A DNA stretch of 59,039 bases, filler included. It is 4 parts of 4 records of this genome, joined end to end, with 100 filler letters (N's around TTAATTAATTAA, not from the genome) between each part and the next. Parts side by side here need not be neighbours in the genome. Positions count along the whole stretch, not along the records: positions 1 to 24,300 come from SRR22947725_481; positions 24,401 to 36,258 come from SRR22947725_495; 2 more parts are not named here. One strand, 5' to 3'. A program made the translations under genes and the position numbers. Below the pieces are notes generated by a model. The model was given only the letters and a program-made list of their open reading frames with translations, did no database searches and was not told where the DNA came from. The first letter of the stretch is position 1, and every line of letters begins with the position of its first letter. Positions 18,976 to 27,511 of the stretch are shown piece after piece.

Positions 18976-19656
18976 ATGAAAGTAGTAATTTTAGCTGGGG
19001 GTTTAGGGACAAGAATATCTGAATATACTAAATTTATTCCTAAACCAATGATTAGTTTGAAAGGTAAACCATTAATTTATCATATTATGAAAAATTATGC
19101 CAAGTATGGATATAAAGAATTTATAATTGCCTCAGGATATAAAGGCAATGTTATAAAAAATTTTTTTAAAAAGAAAATACACGATTGGGATGTGTCAGTC
19201 ATTGATACAGGAAAAAACACTATGACTGGCGGCAGAGTTAAAAGACTTAAAAAGTATGTAGGAAAAGAAACATTTTTTTTAACATATGGAGATGGCCTAT
19301 CGAATGTAAATGTTAAAAAACTTTTACAATTTCATAAAAACAATAAAAAACTCGTAACTTTAACTGCTGTGAGACCACCAGCAAGATTTGGATTTGTAAA
19401 AATAAAAGGAAGCAAGGTTTATTATTTTAAAGAAAAATCAAAAACAGAAGAGGGATGGATTAATGGTGGCTTTTTTGTGGTTGAACCAAAATTTCTAAAT
19501 ATGATTTCTAGAGATAGTACATTTTTAGAAAAGGAGCCTTTAGAAAAAGTGACTAAAATTGGTCAACTCATGGCTTTTAAACATACTGGATTTTGGCAGT
19601 GCGTAGATACCAAAAGAGATTTAGATAAACTGAAGATTAAATTTAAAAAAAATTGA
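18976..19656 (+). CDS. rfbF: Glucose-1-phosphate cytidylyltransferase
   Basis: MKVVILAGGLGTRISE, TMTGGRVK, LTYGDG, WINGGFFV and GFWQCVDT; ATG 18976 preferred to TTG 18937. Confidence 0.93.
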   Translation: MKVVILAGGLGTRISEYTKFIPKPMISLKGKPLIYHIMKNYAKYGYKEFIIASGYKGNVIKNFFKKKIHDWDVSVIDTGKNTMTGGRVKRLKKYVGKETFFLTYGDGLSNVNVKKLLQFHKNNKKLVTLTAVRPPARFGFVKIKGSKVYYFKEKSKTEEGWINGGFFVVEPKFLNMISRDSTFLEKEPLEKVTKIGQLMAFKHTGFWQCVDTKRDLDKLKIKFKKN

Positions 19657-20552
19657 TAAAAAAAATTCTTATAATTGGGGGCACAGGATTTATTGGTCAA
19701 AATTTGATTAAAAAGTTGCGATCAAAGAATTTTCAAATAATTTCTTTATCAAAGAAAAAACAATTACCTAAAAAAAAAAAAAATGTTATTTATAAATCAA
19801 TAGATATTTCAAATAAAAAAAAATTAAATAAGATAAGTAAAATTAAATTTAATATTGTTATTAATTTAGGAGGAAATATAAATCATCAAAACCCTAAAGA
19901 AACGGTTCAAGCACACTACTATGGATTAAAAAATGTATTAAAAACCATTAACCTTAAAAACTTAAATTTGTTCATTCAAATCGGAAGTAGTTTAGAATAC
20001 GGTACCTCGAGATCTCCTCATTTAGAAAGTCAACTTTGTAAGCCTAATTCATCTTATGGAAAAGCAAAGTTGAAGGCTACAAATTACTTGAGACGCATCT
20101 CTAATTCAGAGAATTTTAAATTAGTTATTTTACGTCCATACCAAATATTTGGACCCTACCAAAAATTAGATAGATTAATTCCACAAGTTATTAAATTTTG
20201 TCTAAAAGATAAAAAATTTGATTGTACAGAGGGAAGACAAAAAAGAGATTTTTTATTTGTAGGAGATTTTATAAATTTAATTTTAAAGATATTAAGTAAA
20301 AAAAAATTTTCATCTGGAATTTATAATGTTGGATATGGCAAATCAATCAAAGTTAAAAATGTTATTCAATTAATTAGAAACTTAATAAAATCTGGAGAAC
20401 CAAATTTTGGTAAAGTTAAAATGAGAAAAGATGAAGTTATGAATTTATATCCCAAGATTAACAAAGTAAGAAAATATTTTAATTGGAGACCTGCAACTAC
20501 TTTTAATTCTGGAATAAGGAAAACTATAAAATATTACAAAAATGAGATGTGA
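19653..20552 (+). CDS. NAD-dependent epimerase/reductase (extended SDR; CDP-deoxyhexose synthase-like)
   Basis: GGTGFIG, GSSLEYG, YGKAK (YxxxK) and QKRDF. Confidence 0.85.
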   Translation: MIKKILIIGGTGFIGQNLIKKLRSKNFQIISLSKKKQLPKKKKNVIYKSIDISNKKKLNKISKIKFNIVINLGGNINHQNPKETVQAHYYGLKNVLKTINLKNLNLFIQIGSSLEYGTSRSPHLESQLCKPNSSYGKAKLKATNYLRRISNSENFKLVILRPYQIFGPYQKLDRLIPQVIKFCLKDKKFDCTEGRQKRDFLFVGDFINLILKILSKKKFSSGIYNVGYGKSIKVKNVIQLIRNLIKSGEPNFGKVKMRKDEVMNLYPKINKVRKYFNWRPATTFNSGIRKTIKYYKNEM

Positions 20553-21346
20553 AAAAAATGAATAACTTCCCAAAAGTAAGTATAATAATGAATTGTTTAA
20601 ATGGTGAAAAATTTTTAAGAGATTCACTAAAAAGTGTTCTAAATCAAACTTACAAAAACTGGGAACTTATCTTTTGGGATAATTTATCGATTGATAATAG
20701 TAAAAAAATTCTAAAAAATTTTAAAGAGGATAGATTTAAATATTTTTGCTCAGATACCTTTCTAAGTCTTTATAAAGCCAGAAATAATGCAATTCAAAAA
20801 TGTGCTGGAGAGTACATATTTTTTTTAGATACTGATGATACCTGGGTGCACGATAAGATTGAAAAACAAGTGAAGTTTTTGCAGAATAATCCAGATTATA
20901 AAATTGTCTATTCAAACTATTTTCTAAAAGATGAAATTAAAAATAAAACTACAAAAAGATCTTATAATTTACTCCCGTACGGTTTTATTACTAAAAAGCT
21001 TTTAAATGATTATAAACTTGGGATACTTACAGTTTGTTTGAAAAGATCGATTTTCGAAAAATTTTCTTTCAATGATAAATATAATGTTATTGGTGATTTT
21101 GATTTCTTCATAAATATTAGCTTGTGTGAAAAAATAGGATGTATTCAGGAACCATTAGCATATTATAGAATACATAATGACAATTATTCATCGACACATG
21201 CTGAATTGCATATTAAAGAACTTAATAATTGGTTGAAAAACAACAACTTTTTAAAAACTGATTACAATTTTAGTCTTTTAAAACAGACGTTTTATGTTTT
21301 TAAATTAAGGGTAAAATATTTTTTTAAACAAAAAAAATTTATATAA
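20549..21346 (+). CDS. Glycosyltransferase family 2
   Basis: VSIIMNCLNG, ELIFWDN.S.D, ARN, FLDTDD and YRIH. Confidence 0.92.
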   Translation: MKKMNNFPKVSIIMNCLNGEKFLRDSLKSVLNQTYKNWELIFWDNLSIDNSKKILKNFKEDRFKYFCSDTFLSLYKARNNAIQKCAGEYIFFLDTDDTWVHDKIEKQVKFLQNNPDYKIVYSNYFLKDEIKNKTTKRSYNLLPYGFITKKLLNDYKLGILTVCLKRSIFEKFSFNDKYNVIGDFDFFINISLCEKIGCIQEPLAYYRIHNDNYSSTHAELHIKELNNWLKNNNFLKTDYNFSLLKQTFYVFKLRVKYFFKQKKFI

Positions 21347-21397
21347 GTATGAAGAATTGTCTTTTTAGTAACACAAAAATTTGTTAGGAAGAAGCAG

Positions 21398-22300
21398 ATG
21401 TCAATACAACAACATAAAAGAACTAAAAAAATACATAAAAATATAAAGCTTAATATAAAAAGAAGAACAATCATTGTTGATGATCAACTTGTTTTTCATA
21501 AAAGTGTTCCGATACCGAGCTGGGTTGAGCTTAGTATTATTGACGTATGTAATAGATCTTGTATTTTTTGCCCTAAATCAAAACCTGAAATTGCGCCTGA
21601 CACTTATCAAAAAATGAAAATGCCTTTAATTGATAAACTCACTAAAGATTTGAAAAATATGGGATTCAAAGGATCTGTTACCTTATGTGGATATGGAGAA
21701 CCTTTACTACATAAAGAAATTTACAAGATATCGAAAAAATTAGCCGAAGCAGCATTTGTTGAGATAGTTACAAACGGGGATGTACTTACAAAAGATATTA
21801 TAAAAAATCTTTATAATTCAAATGTAAATAAACTTTTAATTAGTTTATATGATGGACCAGAACAGGTAAAAAAATTTAAAAAAATGACCAAAGACTCCGG
21901 TGTTCCGTCAAACTTTGTCATTCTTAGAGATAGATGGCATGATGAGTCTAAAGATTACGGTATTAAGCTCACAAATAGAACTGGGACTATAGATATAGGT
22001 AATCAAGATAACGTTGATAATTTTTCTTACTGTTTTTATCCTTCTTACTCAGTTTTAATTGATTGGGATGGAAATTTTTATTTATGTCCTCAAGATTGGC
22101 AAAGAAGAATTTCGATGGGAAATTTAATGCAGTCAAGTTTCTTTGAAATATGGACAGATAAAATGATAACTAAATATAGAAAAAATTTAATCAAGGGTAA
22201 AAGATGCGATAACCCTTGCGCTTCTTGTAATGCTGAGGGAACTGTCTTGGGAAAACAACATGCTAAAGCGTGGCAGAAAATTTATAATATAAAGTTATAA
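21398..22300 (+). CDS. Radical SAM enzyme with Twitch/SPASM domain
   Basis: CNRSCIFC, GYGEPL, VTNG and C-terminal CFYP...DGNFYLC..DW...GNL...PCASC. Confidence 0.9.
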   Translation: MSIQQHKRTKKIHKNIKLNIKRRTIIVDDQLVFHKSVPIPSWVELSIIDVCNRSCIFCPKSKPEIAPDTYQKMKMPLIDKLTKDLKNMGFKGSVTLCGYGEPLLHKEIYKISKKLAEAAFVEIVTNGDVLTKDIIKNLYNSNVNKLLISLYDGPEQVKKFKKMTKDSGVPSNFVILRDRWHDESKDYGIKLTNRTGTIDIGNQDNVDNFSYCFYPSYSVLIDWDGNFYLCPQDWQRRISMGNLMQSSFFEIWTDKMITKYRKNLIKGKRCDNPCASCNAEGTVLGKQHAKAWQKIYNIKL

Positions 22301-22329
22301 ATTTAATTAGATATTTTGATTTATTATAG

Positions 22330-23964
22330 ATGAAAAGCCGAATAGATTGGAATTTAGATTTACTTCCTTCAGAGTATCCAATTCAAATAAAGAATATTTA
22401 TTATAAAAATTACTCTTCTGAAAGAGTAAACTTTTCGAATTGGATAGATGAATTAAATAAAGATTTTAAAAATGATATTGATTGGTGGTTATTATATCCT
22501 TCAAGTAGAAATCCAAATTATTCTAACTTGTTTCATTATATTTGTATTCTTGAAACTTTTAATAAAATAAAAAAAAACAAGACATCTATACAAATTACCA
22601 CCTCATCTGAAATCTTATTTAATTTGATAAAAGTGAAAAATTTAAAAAACCACAAAGTTGAGTTGATTAAGAAAAAAGATGAAAAAAGAAAATTTTATAT
22701 TGATTTTGTTAAAAGTTTTTTTTTTCAACTTTATTTATTTTTCTTTGTTCGTTTTTTTGTAAAAAAAAGAAAAATAAAAGAGGATATTTTTATTCATACC
22801 TATCCTAATAATAAGCTCGAAAAAGTAGAAAGATTATTTCAATTTAAAGATAAAAAATATTTAAATAAATATATTTTAGTTCCATCTTTTTTAATAAGTA
22901 AAAACTTTCTTTTTTTGTCTAAACTTATTTTAAAAATTTCTAAAAATAATTATGTTTTTAAAGAACATTATTTAAAACTATTTGATTTAATTTATGCTTT
23001 TAAATTAATATTTAGAGTTAAAAAATTTAAAAAAAAGTATATAAAATTCAAAAATATTGATTTTAGTTCATTAATTTTTTCAGAAATAAGTAATCTTAAA
23101 AATTTTAATACCTATGTCATTGGTATCATGAATTATAAATTTGTAGAAAAACTTAAAGCAAAAGAAATTAAAATAAAAAAATCTATATGTTGGTACGAAA
23201 ATCATGAACTTAAGGGCTGGAATATGGGTTTCAGAAAATTTTTTCCTGATGTTAAAACAATAGGGTACCAAGGTTTTTCTCCGTTATTGCCGTTGATGAA
23301 TTCTTTTCCAACAAAAAACGAAGAAAAATTTAAAGTTATTCCAGAAAAAATTATTGTTACGTCAAATAAATATAATCAAATATTAAATGAGTTTAACAAA
23401 GATATTAAAATTACTGTAGGACCCACATTGGTTTTTAAAGATGTTTTTAAAAAATTTAAAAAAAGAACAAGCATAAAATATCTTGTAATTTTTAATGAAA
23501 TAAAAAATGCAAATATCCAACTTTTAAATTGGTTAAATTATATTTCTAATAATGGTGTAGAAATTTCTTTTTATATCAAAACTCCAAAAATATTAGATAT
23601 GAGTATGGAAATTGAGAAATTCAAAAATAATAAAAATTTTAAATTTACAGATAAAAATCTTCCTGACCTAATGAAAAAATCAAAATATGTTATTACTGGA
23701 GGTGTAGGTTTATCCTCTGTATCACTTGAAGCAATATCTTATAAATGCAGACTATTAATACCAGTTGTTGATCCTTTAGATCGTATATATTTCCAAAAAC
23801 TAAAAATTTCAAAAAAATTCTATAAATTATTTCTAAGTAAAGAAAACTTCTTAAATTATTTTAAAAATAATTTAGAATTAAGAGAGAAAAAAATTTCTAA
23901 TCATGATTATGATAATTTTAAAAAAAACTACTTTAATATGGGAAGTGAAAAAATATTTTTTTAA
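22330..23964 (+). CDS. Hypothetical glycan-locus protein (possible GT-B fold)
   Basis: 544-aa ORF; WYEN..K, TIGYQG and SSVSLEAI patterns; no firm family call. Confidence 0.5.
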   Translation: MKSRIDWNLDLLPSEYPIQIKNIYYKNYSSERVNFSNWIDELNKDFKNDIDWWLLYPSSRNPNYSNLFHYICILETFNKIKKNKTSIQITTSSEILFNLIKVKNLKNHKVELIKKKDEKRKFYIDFVKSFFFQLYLFFFVRFFVKKRKIKEDIFIHTYPNNKLEKVERLFQFKDKKYLNKYILVPSFLISKNFLFLSKLILKISKNNYVFKEHYLKLFDLIYAFKLIFRVKKFKKKYIKFKNIDFSSLIFSEISNLKNFNTYVIGIMNYKFVEKLKAKEIKIKKSICWYENHELKGWNMGFRKFFPDVKTIGYQGFSPLLPLMNSFPTKNEEKFKVIPEKIIVTSNKYNQILNEFNKDIKITVGPTLVFKDVFKKFKKRTSIKYLVIFNEIKNANIQLLNWLNYISNNGVEISFYIKTPKILDMSMEIEKFKNNKNFKFTDKNLPDLMKKSKYVITGGVGLSSVSLEAISYKCRLLIPVVDPLDRIYFQKLKISKKFYKLFLSKENFLNYFKNNLELREKKISNHDYDNFKKNYFNMGSEKIFF

Positions 23965-24008
23965 TGGTAAGAAATTAAAAAATTTTTAAAATTTTGAGAA
24001 AATCATAA

Positions 24009-24083
24009 GGGACTTTAGCTCAATAGTAGAGTGCTTGCTTGACATGCAAGAGGTAGTAGGAGCGTAACCTACAAGTCCCACCA
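24009..24083 (+). tRNA. tRNA-Val(GAC) with non-canonical D and T loops
   Basis: Acceptor GGGACTT/AAGTCCC+ACCA, anticodon arm CTTGC-TTGACAT-GCAAG and T stem GTAGG/CCTAC. Confidence 0.9.
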
Positions 24084-24300
24084 ATTTTTAAAAAATATGA
24101 TAAAAATTTGTCAAAAGAAATTGATTTGGTTATGAAACCTATTATAGAAAAATATAAAGATTACTTATAATTTCTATATTTATAAGTCTTTTTAAGACTA
24201 ATTAGGTAACTATTCTCACTTAATTATCTGATAATTTGAACATTTTTTATTTACAATTTTTATAATTACTACTATAAAACACTGCCTGGTAATTATTGCG

Positions 24301-24400
24301 NNNNNNNNNNNNNNNNNNNNNNNNNNNNNNNNNNNNNNNNNNNNTTAATTAATTAANNNNNNNNNNNNNNNNNNNNNNNNNNNNNNNNNNNNNNNNNNNN
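24301..24400. other. Artificial contig spacer
   Basis: N44-TTAATTAATTAA-N44; stops in all six frames. Confidence 0.98.
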
Positions 24401-24426
24401 TTGCTCTAAAACCATCTGAAAAGCTA

Positions 24427-25398
24427 TTGCCACTGATCTTATTTGCCGGTTGTGCGCCCGAGGAACTTCCGGAAGCTAACTACTTAAAAGAAAAAGTTAC
24501 TTATTCATCGAAGAATATTATTGGATTTGAGAATCTCTTTGGTGAAGCTTTAGATACCCAAGAAGATTTAGATATTTTTGGCATTATGCATTTTCCTGAC
24601 AATTATGATTCCAGTAAAAAATATCCAGTCATAGTTGCATCTCATGGCTCCTCGAACTGGAGAGTGCATCATCTAGATTATCTAGAGCAAATGCGACAAG
24701 CGAATTATATAGTTTTCGCTATGCATCCTTTTGATTCTAGAGGGGTTAATAGTACCGTCGGTAATCAGATTAATGTAACCAGCGAATCTGTTATTTACGA
24801 TATGGCCACTTCATTAAATTTATTGTGGGATGATCCCAGGATAAACAATCAAAAGATATATGCAGCAGGTTGGAGTCTTGGAGGAACAGCTGCTCTTTTT
24901 AATGCATGGCGTCCACTTCAAGAAGCCTTGAATCTTCCCAATGCATCATTTGCAGGATATCTAATGTGGTATCCAGGATGCTTAGCTTTACCAGATCTTA
25001 ATGAATGGGATAAAGATTTTATGCAAATTTATATTGGAGAGGATGATAATTGGACTCCACCTCAGCCGTGCAAGGAATTAGTTGCTTTAATGAACGATCA
25101 AGGTGGCAATGCTCATATTGAGTTATACCCTAATGCATTTCACTCTTTTGATCATCCGGATCCTTTAAGGCTGGTACCAGATGCTTATAGCTGGGCAAAC
25201 TGTAAATTAAAGTTAAATGGTGAGACTAAAAAAGTATACGATCCTAATAATACTGAGCTAGATTTCTCTGATCCAAAAGCAAGGCGAGCTGCATATGAAA
25301 GCTGTGCTGTTAAGGGGGAGGTAATGGCAGGCGCTAGCCCTGAATACCAAAATGCTGCGTTTGAACATTTAGCAACTTTATTGCCAAAGCTCGATTAG
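24427..25398 (+). CDS. Dienelactone hydrolase-like alpha/beta hydrolase, possibly a lipoprotein; 5' end uncertain at the contig edge
   Basis: GWSLGG nucleophile elbow, GEDDNWTP, AFHSFD; LFAGC lipobox-like; the frame stays open to the contig start. Confidence 0.75.
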   Translation: MPLILFAGCAPEELPEANYLKEKVTYSSKNIIGFENLFGEALDTQEDLDIFGIMHFPDNYDSSKKYPVIVASHGSSNWRVHHLDYLEQMRQANYIVFAMHPFDSRGVNSTVGNQINVTSESVIYDMATSLNLLWDDPRINNQKIYAAGWSLGGTAALFNAWRPLQEALNLPNASFAGYLMWYPGCLALPDLNEWDKDFMQIYIGEDDNWTPPQPCKELVALMNDQGGNAHIELYPNAFHSFDHPDPLRLVPDAYSWANCKLKLNGETKKVYDPNNTELDFSDPKARRAAYESCAVKGEVMAGASPEYQNAAFEHLATLLPKLD

Positions 25399-25742
25399 CT
25401 AGAAAACTCTTTCCAGCCTCTAAAGCCACCTTCTAAATTTTGGACATTGGTAAACCCAATTTCCTTTAATGTTTTTCCAGCAAGAGAGGCTCTACTTCCG
25501 CCCCCGCAATAAACCACTATAGGCGTGTCTGCATAGAGCTGATTTTCATCAGGGACTAATTTCATCTCTATTAAGCCTCTAGGAATATTTACAGCGCTAT
25601 CAATTGCCCCTGTTTCCTTAATCTCACTGCCTTCTCTTACATCAATAATTAAAAATTTTTTTTGATCTAAGGCGAATTCCTCGCATGTAATTTTTGGTAC
25701 AACTCCATGCGCCAAATCAATAAAGTGTTTTAAGTTTTTCAT
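25395..25742 (-). CDS. Single-domain rhodanese
   Basis: IIDVRE, NIPRG, VYCGGGSRA and LEGGFRGW. Confidence 0.9.
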   Translation of the reverse strand: MKNLKHFIDLAHGVVPKITCEEFALDQKKFLIIDVREGSEIKETGAIDSAVNIPRGLIEMKLVPDENQLYADTPIVVYCGGGSRASLAGKTLKEIGFTNVQNLEGGFRGWKEFSS

Positions 25743-25834
25743 TGATTTATTATCAGCATATTAATGCTTTCAATCAAATATTTTCATTATTTATGTTCTT
25801 TAGTTACCACTTTACGCGTTTAATGTTATAGTCA

Positions 25835-25853
25835 ATGTGTTCACCGAACACAT
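25835..25853. promoter_or_regulatory. Inverted repeat ATGTGTTC-ACC-GAACACAT just after an extended -10 (TGtTATAGT)
   Basis: Perfect 8-bp arms at the predicted transcription start of the PAN-like gene. Confidence 0.45.
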
Positions 25854-25903
25854 ATATAAATAATTAATATATGTCAATAAATTAAACATAAAGGATCTAT
25901 ATA

Positions 25904-26179
25904 ATGAAAAAAATCATAATGACAGCAATTTTACTATCTTTGCCATTTCAGGCTGCTGCATCAATGGATGTGCAAGAAGGAGTTGCTCTTAAAGGCTCAA
26001 TTTTTGCAGTTAAAACTGCGAAGAAATACTCTTCGGTTGAAGGTTGCACAGCAGCTGCAAATGCTAAAAGCAAGGTAAAAGGATTCACTTTCAATACTGC
26101 TTCACAAAAATGTACTTTGTATAAGTCTATACGTGGTGAAAGAAAAACTACTTCATCAGTTTCTGGCAAGAAATCCTAA
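25904..26179 (+). CDS. Small secreted PAN/apple-domain-like protein
   Basis: Signal peptide MKKII...AAA; SVEGC...GFTFN....KCTLYK...VSG pattern; RBS AAGGA; own terminator. Confidence 0.6.
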   Translation: MKKIIMTAILLSLPFQAAASMDVQEGVALKGSIFAVKTAKKYSSVEGCTAAANAKSKVKGFTFNTASQKCTLYKSIRGERKTTSSVSGKKS

Positions 26180-26194
26180 GATAGCCAATCTTTT

Positions 26195-26223
26195 AAAGAG
26201 GGGTTTTTTGCCCCTCTTTTTTT
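26195..26223 (+). terminator. Intrinsic terminator
   Basis: AAAGAGGGG/CCCCTCTTT stem followed by a T tract. Confidence 0.85.
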
Positions 26224-26343
26224 GTATTCGATAAATCCTCTTTTATCTTGATTGCAGGCGTGTCTTTATCCTACTCACCACTAGATTAATTCCTTCCATT
26301 TAACCTTGGTTTTACAATAAATTTCTTGCATAATTATTTTTCT

Positions 26344-26472
26344 ATGAAAAAAGTAATGCTACATTTTAGTCTTTCTCAAAACCATGTAGCTCAGGTTGAA
26401 CTGAAGCATGAGTACTTTTGCGCCCTAAAATTAAGTACCAGCACTTCTTCTCCAAAACTTAGATCACTTTAA
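26344..26472 (+). CDS. Candidate 42-aa leader ORF upstream of the arg operon
   Basis: MKKVMLHFSLSQNHVAQVELKHEYFCALKLSTSTSSPKLRSL*, ending 32 nt before argF; below the ORF-track cutoff. Confidence 0.3.
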   Translation: MKKVMLHFSLSQNHVAQVELKHEYFCALKLSTSTSSPKLRSL

Positions 26473-26504
26473 TCTGCCCCTTTGATGGCGTACCTTCATA
26501 ATTA

Positions 26505-27500
26505 ATGATGAAAAATTTTATATCCACCCAATCTTGGACCAGGTCTCAGCTTCAGGATATTCTTGATTTCGCAACCTCTCTTAAAGAGAATCCTTATCAG
26601 CCGCTGCTAAAAAATAAATCTGTAGCTATGCTCTTTTTTAACCCATCCTTAAGAACAAAAACCAGTTTTGAGATTGGTATTAGTGAACTTCAGGGCACAG
26701 CTGTAATTTTACAACCAGGCAAGGATGCTTGGCCGATTGAGTTCAAGGATCATATTGAGATGAATGGAGAAGAAGAAGAGCATGTTAAAGAAGTGGCTCA
26801 GGTTCTATCTTCATACTGTGACTGCATAGCAATTAGAGCCTTTCCAGCTTTTAAAGATTGGAGCGTTGATCGAACAGATCACGTGATTAATAGTTTTGCA
26901 CAATACGCAACTGTGCCAGTGGTTAACATGGAAACCATTGAGCATCCTTGTCAAGAACTCGCTCATATTCTTACTTTGCAGGAGCATTATGGTGATTTAC
27001 AGGGCAAAGATTACCTATTAACGTGGACTTATCACCCTAAGCCTTTAAATACAGCAGTGGCTAATTCTAGTCTGCTTATTGCAAGCAAATTCGGAATGAA
27101 TGTCAAGTTGCTGTGTCCTTCGGAAGATTATTTGCTTGATGAAAGATACATCAATGCAGCCTCTGAGAATTGTTTGAGCGAAGGAACATCATTCAGCGTC
27201 ACTCATGACATTGAATCAGCTTATTCTGGTGCTGAAATTGTATATGCTAAAAGCTGGGGCTCGCTGGTGCATTATGGTGATTTACAAGCAGAATTGAATT
27301 GTCGAAAGGATTTCAAGCACTTTATTGTTGATGAGCAGAAGATGAGCATGACCAACAACGCAGTTTTTAGTCATTGCTTGCCATTACGCAGGAATGTTAA
27401 AGCAACAGATGCGGTGATGGATGCAGATTATTGTTTAGCAGTTCAGGAAGCAGCGAATAGAAAGCATGTTCAAAAATCCATGCTTACAAAAATTTTATAG
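26505..27500 (+). CDS. argF: N-acetylornithine carbamoyltransferase (ArgF', Xanthomonas type)
   Basis: FFNPSLRT, DAWPIEF, EEHVKEVA, HPCQELA, LTWTYHPKPLNTAVANS and HCLPLRRN. Confidence 0.92.
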   Translation: MMKNFISTQSWTRSQLQDILDFATSLKENPYQPLLKNKSVAMLFFNPSLRTKTSFEIGISELQGTAVILQPGKDAWPIEFKDHIEMNGEEEEHVKEVAQVLSSYCDCIAIRAFPAFKDWSVDRTDHVINSFAQYATVPVVNMETIEHPCQELAHILTLQEHYGDLQGKDYLLTWTYHPKPLNTAVANSSLLIASKFGMNVKLLCPSEDYLLDERYINAASENCLSEGTSFSVTHDIESAYSGAEIVYAKSWGSLVHYGDLQAELNCRKDFKHFIVDEQKMSMTNNAVFSHCLPLRRNVKATDAVMDADYCLAVQEAANRKHVQKSMLTKIL

Positions 27501-27511
27501 GAAATAAATAT

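Noticed and set aside
14601-19783. Long homopolymers (T12 at 14601-14612, A14 at 19770-19783) as phase-variation tracts
   Set aside because: ORFs are in frame and A/T runs are ubiquitous in this very AT-rich contig; no read-level evidence available
24226-24242. ATCTGATAATTTGAACA as a fourth operator copy
   Set aside because: Only the right half-site matches; the downstream gene is lost at the contig edge
24345-24356. TTAATTAATTAA palindrome repeated three times
   Set aside because: Artificial six-frame-stop linker inside N padding
26327-26340. TGCATAATTATTTT as an ArgR (ARG) box
   Set aside because: Right half lacks the conserved CA, no tandem second box and no argR in view; may just be a -35 element
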